Assembly (NCBI GenBank): GCA_964016885.1
Contig: OZ024740.1
Coordinates: 435,798,001 to 435,862,000, forward strand
DNA: 64,000 nt
Origin: Eledone cirrhosa
Taxonomy: Eukaryota
Direction: 5' to 3'
In this document: positions 53,500 through 64,000 of the stretch, one piece after another
Layout of the letters: each line of letters opens with the position of its first letter
Numbering within the stretch: the stretch's first letter is position 1
Made by a program: the position numbers and the translations under genes
Notes under the pieces: model-generated
Databases searched by the model: none
What the model saw: only the letters and a program-made list of their open reading frames with translations
Told to the model about the DNA's origin: nothing

Positions 53500-54150
53500 A
53501 AAAAAATTAGAAATAAGAGGGATCAGATGTTGTTTACTCGAGAGAAGGCTACGTTGGTATGGTCACGTGATGCGCATGAAGGACGATAGCTGTATAACAA
53601 AGTGCAGGGCAATAAAGATAGATGGTAGCCACGGAATAGGCTGACCCAGAAAAACCTGGGATGAGCTGATAAATTCCGACCTCACACACTTACACCTCAC
53701 CAAGACAATGTCACTGGACCGAGACCTTTGGCGGTACTCAGTAATAGAGAAGACCCGCCATACCTAAATACAAAGTAAAACCTACTACAGTCAGTAGGCA
53801 CCTCTAACAAAATACACCCCCGTCCCACCACCCCCACCCCATCCACACCGCCGCTTTCAATGTAAAGTTATGTTGGTGCCACAACATCCAGGCCGAAACA
53901 AATGAGATCGTGTAGGTGTCACAACAAAAAAACACACAGTTCACGCTGTAATGTGGCCGTGTAGGCAACACAGTAAAAACCTCCCAGACCCACACTGTAA
54001 ATGTGGTTGGTGTTAGGAAGGGCATCCAGCTGTAGAAAACCCGCCAGACAGTCCTATGCGAGCAAGACAATCACTCTTGCCTCAAGTGGGAATACCCCCG
54101 TCCAAACCCATGCAAGCGTGGAACACGGACGTTAAACGTTGATGATGATA
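53500..54150 (+). mobile_element. RTE subfamily A, 5'-truncated 3' end
   Basis: [21 protein letters not shown]..., 3' UTR and (GAT)n. Confidence 0.93.
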
Positions 54151-54947
54151 TTAAATATATATATATATTAAATATATACATGTTATATGTATAAACACGT
54201 GTACATAAATACAAACTCATATATAGACATACCATGTGGAACAAATTAACACACACACTCATGTTCACACACACACATGCTCGCACACACACACACACTC
54301 ATGTTCACTCACACACACACATACACATGTTCACACACTCATGTTTACTCACACACAAACACATGTTCACACACATGTTCACACACTTATACACACTCAT
54401 TCACACACACACTCATTGATACATATAGCCCCCCCCCCATATAAAGGGTATGTTGGTATTGGTTTACAAGACTTGCAGATATTTCTAATCAGTCAAGTTT
54501 GGTGCAACATGTGACCAAATCAATTCTCACCATCTTGGATCCTATTACCATCTCTCTCACTATCTCTCTCTCTCTATATATAGATAGATAGATACTGAGG
54601 ACAACTTGAGAGGCGGGGGGGGGGGGGGCTGAGAGAAAACATTCAGTAACAACAACAACCACCTGCTCCAAAGTACAGTTACATTGTTAGTGTTAGTATC
54701 TAGTTAAGGTGTATGATAATCAAGCCACTACTACCACTACCACCACCACCAGTACCACCGCTGCCACCACCACGGCAACCACCACCAACTCCACCACCAC
54801 CTCCACCACCACCATATATTCCTGTAGACATGTTTACTGAAGGACTCTTTTTCTGTACGTTTGTAAACAAAATTGTTTTTTTTCTTCATTACCCTTTACA
54901 GCCATGTGTATGTGTGTGTTCTTGTGTATGTGTGTGTTTGTATTTAT

Positions 54948-55014
<67 letters not shown>

Positions 55015-55046
55015 CAAGAAACATGTTATCCACAATTATATGTGAA

Positions 55047-55207
55047 CTGGCAGTGTCGGTAGAGGGTTGGACGCCATGCTTTGATGCATTCTGAGTTCAA
55101 ATCCCGCCAAGGTTAACTTTGTCTTTCATCCTTACGGGGTCGATAAAATAAAGTACCAGTAATACACTGGTTAATTGCTGGCCTTGTGCCAAAAGTAGAA
55201 ACAATTA
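55047..55207 (+). mobile_element. Short tRNA-related SINE
   Basis: Homologous to 41987-42166. Confidence 0.82.
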
Positions 55208-55249
55208 TAAATAACATTGCGAATTGTTTATAATTCTTACAAAATGAAA

Positions 55250-55826
55250 ATATAAACACAAATAATATATATATATATATACGTACACACAATATATATA
55301 TATATGTAGAATACTATACCTACACAAATAATATATATATATACACACACACAATATATATATATAGAATAATATATATATACATACACACATAATATAT
55401 ATATATGTAGAATAATATATATATACACATACACACACAATATATATATGTAGAATACTATATATACACAAATAATATATATTATATATATACACACATA
55501 CACACACACACACTCACACACACACACACACACACAATCCATATATATGTAGAATAATATATATACATATATACACACACTATATGTATAGAATACTATA
55601 TATACACACACACACTATATATATGTAGAATAATATATATACACAAATAATATATATTATATATATACACACATACACACACACACACACACACAATCCA
55701 TATATATGTAGAATAATATATATACATATATACACACACTATATGTATAGAATACTATATATACACACACACACTATATATATGTAGAATAATATATATA
55801 CACAAATAATATATATTATATATATA

Positions 55827-55876
<50 letters not shown>

Positions 55877-55980
55877 ATATATATGTAGAATAATATATAT
55901 ACATATATACACACACTATATGTATAGAATACTATATATACACACACTATATATATGTAGAATAATATATATACAAATAA
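55250..55980. repeat. Compound TA/CA microsatellite with a higher-order (~170-190 bp) repeat
   Basis: Recurrent GTAGAATAATATATAT/CACACAATCCATAT blocks. Confidence 0.85.
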
Positions 55981-55982
55981 TA

Positions 55983-56178
55983 ATCATCATCACCGTTTTA
56001 CGTCCGTTCTTCCATGCTAGCATGGGTTAGACGGGTTGTCCTGTTGTGGGCAGTGTCTGGTCAGCTGACCATGTCTTGCTCATGCGGGAACTGATTCTGG
56101 CTTGATTTCTACAGCTGGATGCCCTTCCTAACACCAACCTCATTTACAGTGAGTGCTGGGTGCTTTTTTGCCGTGGTT
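55983..56178 (-). mobile_element. RTE subfamily B 3' UTR fragment
   Basis: Matches 6007-6200. Confidence 0.88.
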
Positions 56179-56275
56179 CCTAAATATATATATATATATA
56201 CACACACACAAATTCATGCAATACTTACATAAATATTACATATTAAAATATGAGAACAATGTCCAATGAAAGCTA

Positions 56276-57045
56276 ATAACCCCTTAATTTCAAGTGTGTC
56301 AATAGATTAAACACCACAAGGGGTGTAGTGGCCTCCCTAACCCCTTAATTTCAACACTGTCAATAGATTAAACACCACAGGGGTACAGTAGCCTCTCTAA
56401 CCCCTTAATTTCAACACTGTGTTAATAGATGAAACACAAGGGGTGTAGTAGCCTTCCTAACCCCTTAATTTCAACAGTCAATAGATTAAACACCACAAGG
56501 GTGTAGTAGCCTTCCTAACCCCTTAATTTCAACACTGTCAATAGATTAAACACCACAAGGGTGTAGTAGCCTTCCTAACCCCTTAATTTCAACACTGTGT
56601 CAATAGATTAAACACAAGGGGTGTAGTAGCCTTCCTAACCCCTTAATTTCAACACTGTCAATAGATTAAACACCACAAGGGTGTAGTAGCCTTCCTAACC
56701 CCTTAATTTCAACACTGTGTCAATAGATTAAACACAAGGGGTGTAGTAGCCTTCCTAACCCCTTAATTTCAACACTGTCAATAGATTAAACACCACAAGG
56801 GTGTAGTAGCCTTCCTAACCCCTTAATTTCAACACTGTGTCAATAGATTAAACACAAGGGGTGTAGTAGCCTTCCTAACCCCTTAATTTCAACACTGTGT
56901 CAATAGATTAAACACAAGGGGTGTAGTAGCCTTTCTAACCCCTTAATTTCAACACTGTCAATAGATTAAACACCACAAGGGTATAGTAGCCTTCCTAACC
57001 CCTTAATTTCAACACTGTGTCAATAGATGAAACACCACAAGGAGT
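56276..57045. repeat. ~60-bp minisatellite (CCTAACCCCTTAATTTCAACACTGTCAATAGATTAAACACCACAAGGGTGTAGTAGCCTT), two alternating variants
   Basis: About 13 tandem copies. Confidence 0.95.
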
Positions 57046-57339
57046 GCAGTAGTCTCCCTTTAATACTATTTAAGGCAAGCCAACTTGTTAGTAGCATTAC
57101 TGCTGGTGATAGTGAGGCTAGGTCACTGGAACAACCAAGTACCATCTTTCACATCACCGGATGATGGTAAGGTGAGCTACTGACGATGACAAAAACTTTG
57201 TTGTCAGCGGCCCAACTCCACCAAACGTCTCATTTCAATGAACATGCATATGTGTGTGTGTTTCAATGAATGTGTATATGTGTGTGTGTTTGAATGAATG
57301 TGTATATGTGTGTGTGTATGTTTGAAATAATGTGCATAT

Positions 57340-57712
57340 GCCACCACCATCACCACCATCACTGACACCATTCCACCACCTTTACTACCACCACCACCAT
57401 CACTGGCACCATCTACCACTACTACCACCACCACCACCATCACTGTCACCATCACTGTCACCATCCACCACCATCACTGTCACTATCCATCACCATCACC
57501 GACACCATCCACCACCTTCACCATCACTGATACCATCCACCACCTTCACCACCGCCATCACCACCACCACCGCCATCACTGACACTATCCACCACCACCA
57601 CCTTCACCACCACATTCACCACCACTGACACCATTCACCACCATCACCACCATTCACCACCATCACCACCACCACCACCACTGATGCCATCCACTGCCAC
57701 CACCATCACCAG
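57340..57712. repeat. Degenerate (CAC)n tract
   Basis: Direct inspection. Confidence 0.88.
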
Positions 57713-58127
57713 CGATCAGGCCTTAAAAACAACTATAATAATAATGGTTGTTATAATGGTTGTTTCTGCTTTTGGCACGGGGCCAGCGGTTGCCCAATGC
57801 GTTGCTGGTGCTTTGTTTTATCGACCCCATAAGGACGGAGAGTGGAGAGCCGTTGCTCTTTGCTGTAAGCAAACAATTATTATTATTATATAAAAACTGA
57901 ACTGGATTGGAAAAGTCAACAGTTGACATGATTTTGATTTTGTATCAGTACTGACGGTAATATATGTATATGTTTGTGTGTGTGAGTGGTGTGTGTGTTT
58001 GTATGCATGAGTGTTGGTGTGTGAGTGGCATGTGCGTTTGTAGTTTGTATGTTGATTTTGAGAATGTAAGCAAAATAATTGTCTTAAGGTGGGTTGACTG
58101 CGGAAATTTGGAAAGTCTAAGCACTCA

Positions 58128-61100
58128 ATGACAATGTCACAGATAAAGATAAAGATAAATTCATCTTCTGCCACAAGACGAGAATACAAGGACTCCTCTT
58201 TATTTCAGACACAGATGATCAACAAAATTCCGTCTCCCACACCCCTCCCTGCCCCTCCAACCCATCCATCCTGCCCTCCCAACTTCAGAGTTGGTACCAT
58301 GAACGTAGGCACATTGAAAGGTCACTCAAATGAGGTTGTAGAGATGCTTGAACGTAAAGAAGTTGATGTTTGTTGTATTCAAGAGACTAGGTGGAGAGGG
58401 GGGTCTGCTAGATTGATCGTGGGTAAAAAACGATGCTATAAACTTTTCTGGGTGGGAAATGACAGCGGACAGGGTAGTGTAGGAATTATGCTAGCTGAAA
58501 AATGGGTAGATAAGGTAATGACGTAAATAGAGTGAATGACAGAATAATTAAATTAAGACTAGTTCTAAATAGAACTACTGTGACAATAATATCCGCTTAT
58601 GCACCCCAATCTGGTCTACCTGACGTTATAAAGGACAGGTTCTCTGAGATGCTAATGCACACTACCTCCCAAATAACCGACAGTGACTACTTAATTATTG
58701 CTGGCGATCTAAATGGTCATGTTTGACAACATAGTGATGGCTATAATGGAATCCATGGAGGCTATGGGGTTGGAAATAGAAATGAGGAGGGCTTCAGAAT
58801 CCTGGAATTCTGTGACGCAAATAGCCTAACTATCTGTAACACAAACTTAAAAAAACGTGAAAACCACTTGATCACCTATAGATCAGGGGAACACGCCAAC
58901 CAGATGGATTATATCCTTACTAGAAGACGGGACAAAGTGTCTGTTGTAAACACTAAATCATTCTCTCGTGAAGAATGCACCTCCCAACATAGCCTAGTAG
59001 TTAGTGACCTCATAGTCAGGAATAGACGTACTCGACGACAGAGGAGGACTACTTTGAGGAGAAGAATATGGAAGTTGAAGGACCCCATAGCCAGTGACAA
59101 ATTTAAGAGCTTATTACTTGATGCCTTTGACAATAAGGAAGAGCAATTAGAGACATGCAATATAGAGGAACAGTGGCAATTCTTGAAAGTGAACCTGCTG
59201 AAAGCAACGGATGAAATCTGGCTGGAGCAAACCTATTGGCAGGAGGAGAGTAACTTGGTGGTGGAAGAGAGAATCAAGGCCAAAAAGCAGGCTTGGAAAG
59301 TACGGTAGGATGGGGGAAGTAGAGAGCACTATCAAGTGGCCAGGAGAGAAGCTAGGAGACAAGTGTACCTTGCAAAAAGAGAAGCAGAGGATAGAAAGTT
59401 CAAGCATGTTCTACAACGTGAGGTCCAAAAACGTGAGGTGTTCAGGATTGCTAGACAATGTGTCAAGGAAAACCGTGATATTGTCGGGGAGAAGTGTGTC
59501 CGTAATGATAACGGTGTACTTGCCCTCACTGATACTGATAAGAAGATAGCCTGGAAGTGTCACTATGAGAGACTATTAAATGAGGAGAATAAATGGGAAA
59601 AAGTCTGCCCCAAATCGATCCAATAGAAGGACCAGCAGTGCAAGTTAAAGGTAGTATAATAAGTAAGACAATCAAAGATATGAAGACAGGCAAGGCAGTT
59701 GGGCCTTCGGAGATAGTTGCTGAGATGTTGAAGGCATCTGGTATGGTGGGACACACTATGGTCACCCGTATAGCTAACCAAGTAATACAGAATGAGGTCA
59801 TACCGAAAGACTGGCATAGCAGCATCATCATTAACTGCTACAAGGGTAAAGGGGATGCTCTAGATAGGGGAAACTGACCAGGTCATGAAGGTGACAGAAA
59901 GAGTTATAGCACAACTAATCAGAGATCGAATTGATCTAGATGAAATGCATTTTGGATTTGTGTCAGGTAAAAGTACCACAGACGCTCTTTTCCTTGTACG
60001 ACAACTACAAGAGAAGTACCTAGCTAAAAGTAAACCCCTTTACTTAGCTTTTGTAGATCTGGAGAAAGCCTTTCACAGAGTCCCCAACTCCATTATCTGG
60101 TGGGCTCTTAGAAAACTAGGTGTAGATGAATGGCTTGTGAGAGCTATACAAGCTATTTATAATGAGACAGTCAGTAAGGTTAGAATTAACAATGAATATT
60201 GTGAAGAGTTTAGTGTAAAAGTTGGCGTTCATCAAGGCTCAGTCCTTAGCCCCCTCCTATTTATTATTGCCCTTCAGGCTATAACAGAGGAGTTCAAGAC
60301 CGGGTGCCCATGGGAACTCCTATACGCAGATGATCTAACGCTCATAGCTGAATCAATGGCTGAATTAGACAAGAAATTCCAAACATGGAAACATGGCCTA
60401 GAATCAAAAGGCCTTAAAGTTAACTTGTCTAAGACTAAAGTTCTAGTTTGTAGAAAGGAAAATAGGGCACAGGTGCCCTCAGGGAAATGGCCATGCTCAG
60501 TGTGTAGGAAAGGAGTAGGTAGAAATTCAATTTTATGTCCCAAATGCAAAGTATGAGTACATAAAAGATGTAGTGGGATCAGAGGTAAGCTAACTAAGAA
60601 CATAGATTTTATATGTGGCCGGTGCTCAGGTGCAATAAGTAGCAGGTGTCCACAGGATACTATCTCCTTCTATTGCCCAGATGGTTCTATAGAAATAGTA
60701 GACACTTTCCATTACCTGGGTGACGAAATCAGCAGTGGTGGAGGGTGTTCTGAAAGTATGGTAGCTAGAGTCAGAACGGGATGGAAAAAGTTCAGAGAGC
60801 TTATACCGCTGTTGGCCACAAAAGGTTTCTCTCTAAAAATGAAAGGCAGGCTGTATGATGCCTGTATACGAACAGTAATGCTACATGGCAGTGAGACATG
60901 GACATTACGTGCAGAGGACCTGCAAAGCATAAATGAACAAAGTGAGAAATTAGGAATAAGAGGGATCAGATGCTGTTCACTTGAGAGAAGACTATGTTGG
61001 TACGGTCACGTGATGCGGATAAAAGACGACAGCTGCATAAAAAAGTGCAGGGCGATCAAAATTGATGGTAGTTACGTTGTAGGCAGACCCAGAAAAACAT

Positions 61101-61641
61101 GGGACGATCTGATAAATTCCGACCTTACACACTTGCACTTCTCTAAGACAATGTCGCTGGGACCGAGATCTTTGGCGCTATGCAGTAATACAGAAGACCC
61201 GCCTTGCCTATGTACAAAGCGGAAACTACAGTCAGTAGGCACCTCCTATCCAAATATACACCCCCATCCCACTACCCCTACCCTATCCTCCCACTCCCAC
61301 CAACACCACCCTCTCTCTGTAAAGTTGGTACGACAATATCCAGTCCAAATAAATGAGATAATGAGATCAAGATCGTGTAGGTGTCACGACAAAAAAAAAA
61401 AAACACACAGTCCACGCTGTAATGTGGCCGTGTAGGTAACACAGTAAAAAGTTCCCAGTTCCACACTGTAAACGTGGTTGGTGTTAGGAAGGGCATCCAG
61501 CTGTAGAAAACCTGCCAGACAGTCCTATACGAGCGAGACAAGGTCACCCGACCAACGTTGCCTCAAGTGGGACAACTCCCATCTAACCCATGCTAGTGTG
61601 GAAGATGGACGTTAAACGATGATGATGATGATGATGATGAT
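58128..61641 (+). mobile_element. Older, near full-length RTE LINE (subfamily A-related), multiple stops and frameshifts
   Basis: EN from NFRVGTMNVGTL through RT YADD to GRPRKTW in at least 7 ORF pieces; 3' UTR and (GAT)n tail. The 5' UTR may extend upstream to ~57720. Confidence 0.94.
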
Positions 61642-61721
61642 GTGTGTGAGAGTATTTATTGTGTTGAACATTTTCTAAAATACCAAGAATATATTTTATC
61701 CACAGTTGTATAACATTACTA

Positions 61722-64000
61722 ATGCTACCAGGGTAGTGTCTACACTACATACATGGTACCAGGGTAGTGTCTACACTACATACATGGTACCAGGGTAGTG
61801 TCTACACTACATACATGGTACCAGGGTAGTGTCTACACTACATACATGGTACCAGGGTAGTGTCTACAATACATACATGGTACCAAGGTAGTGTCTACAC
61901 TACATACATGGTACCAAGGTAGTGTATACACTACATACATGGTACCAAGGTAGTGTCTACACTACATACATGGTACCAGGGTAGTGTCTACACTACATAC
62001 ATGGTACCAGGGTAGTGTCTACACTACATACATGGTACCAGGGTAGTGTCTACACTACATACATGGTATCAGGGTAGTGTCTACACTACATACATGGTAC
62101 CAAGGTAGTGTCTACACTACATACATGGTACCAAGGTAGTGTCTACACTACATACATGGTACCAAGGTAGTGTCTACACTACATACACGGTACCGGGGTA
62201 GTGTCTACACTACATACACGGTACCGGGGTAGTGTCTACACTAATGCTACCAGGGTAGCATCTACACTACATACATGGTACCGGGGTAGTGTCTACACTA
62301 CATACATGGTACCGGGGTAGTGTCTACACTAATGCTACCAGGGTAGCATCTACACTACATACATGGTACCAGGGTAGTGTCTACACTACATACATGGTAC
62401 CAGGGTAGTGTCTACACTACATACATGGTACCAGGGTAGTGTCTACACTACATACATGGTACCAAGGTAGTGTCTACACTACATACATGGTACCAAGGTA
62501 GTGTCTACACTACATACACGGTACCGGGGTAGTGTCTACACTACATACATGGTACCGGGGTAGTGTCTACACTACATACATGGTACCAGGGTAGTGTCTA
62601 CACTAATGCTACCAGGGTAATGTCTACACTACATACATGGTACCAGGGTAGTGTCTACACTACATACATGGTACCAGGGTAATGTCTACACTACATACAT
62701 GGTACCAGGGTAGTGTCTACACTACATACATGGTACCAGGGTAGTGTCTACACTACATACATGGTACCAGGGTAATGTCTACACTACATACATGGTACCA
62801 GGGTAGTGTCTACACTACATACATGGTACCAGGGTAGTGTCTACACTACATACATGGTACCAGGGTAATGTCTACACTACATTAATGGTACCAGGGTAGT
62901 GTCTACACTACATACATGGTGCCAGGGTAATATCTACACTACATACATGGTACCAGGGTAGTGTCTACACTACATACATGGTACCAGGGTAGTGTCTACA
63001 CTACATACATGGTACCAGGGTAGTGTCTACACTACATTAATGGTACCAGGGTAATGTCTACACTACATACATGGTACCAGGGTAGTGTCTACACTACATA
63101 CATGCTACCAGGGTAGTGTCTACACTACATACATGGTACCAGGGTAGTGTCTACACTACATACATGGTACCAGGGTAGTGTCTACACTACATAATGGTAC
63201 CAGGGTAGTGTCTACACTACATACATGGTACCAGGGTAATGTCTACACTACGTACATGGTACCAGGTTAATGTCTACACTATATACATGGTACCAGGGTA
63301 ATGTCTACACTACATAAATGGTACCAGGGTAATGTCTACACTACATACATGGTACCATGGTAATGTCTACACTACATACATGGTACCATGGTAATGTCTA
63401 CACTACATACATGGTACCAGGGTAATGTCTACACTACATACATGGTACCAGGGTAGTGTCTACACTATATACATGGTACCAGGGTAATGTCTACACTACA
63501 TACATGGTACCAGGGTAATGTCTACACTACATACATGGTACCATGGTAATGTCTACACTACATACATGGTACCATGCTAATGTCTACACTACGTACATGG
63601 TACCAGGTTAATGTCTACACTATATACATGGTACCAGGGTAATGTCTACACTACATACATGGTACCAGGGTAATGTCTACACTACATACATGGTACCATG
63701 GTAATGTCTACACTACATACATGGTACCAGGGTAATGTCTACACTACATACATGGTACCAGTGTAATGTCTACACTACATACATGGTACCAGGGTAATGT
63801 CTACACTACATACATGGTACCAGGGTAGTGTCTACACTACATTGATGGTACCAGGGTAGTGTCTACACTACATACATGGTACCAGGGTAGTGTCTACACT
63901 ACATTAATGGTACCAGGGTAGTGTCTACACTACATATATGGTACCAGGGTAATGTCTACACTACATACATGGTACTAGGGTAATGTCTACACTACATTAA
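61722..64000. repeat. 31-bp minisatellite (GGTACCAGGGTAGTGTCTACACTACATACAT), runs off the window end
   Basis: More than 70 tandem copies; internal inverted repeat GTAGTGT-CT-ACACTAC. Confidence 0.97.

Noticed and set aside
57075-57175. Possible further host exon ending at AAG|gtgagc
   Set aside because: The phase-compatible frame hits a stop, the acceptor is weak, and there is no EVI5-like motif

Overview
This is AT-rich eukaryotic (animal) DNA, not prokaryotic. The RTE LINE and tRNA-SINE repertoire and the microsatellite load look cephalopod/octopus-like (inference). The window appears to be almost all intron of a + strand gene. One exon (3541-3692) resembles the N-terminal region of EVI5 (Rab-GAP), and a second phase-compatible 138-nt exon lies at 14924-15061. 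The rest is minisatellites plus a roughly 33-kb nest of retroelements inside (TA)n tracts (~20.8-54.2 kb). The nest and its flanks hold about 15 RTE LINE copies of three subfamilies (a PHD-like C4HC3 finger sits inside the RT), a defective Ty3/gypsy element with near-identical 501-bp LTRs, and several Penelope-like elements (PLEs). SINEs and a non-autonomous Helitron are also present. The most notable signal is RNA-structural: at least 12 type I hammerhead ribozyme (HHR) motifs. Five are in a tandem array of 310-bp, highly structured, apparently identical units (51622-53094) with the hallmarks of a non-LTR retrozyme (circular RNA retroposon). The others sit in PLE pseudo-LTRs, including small non-coding fold-back elements. 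All identifications were made by eye; no searches or folding programs were run.
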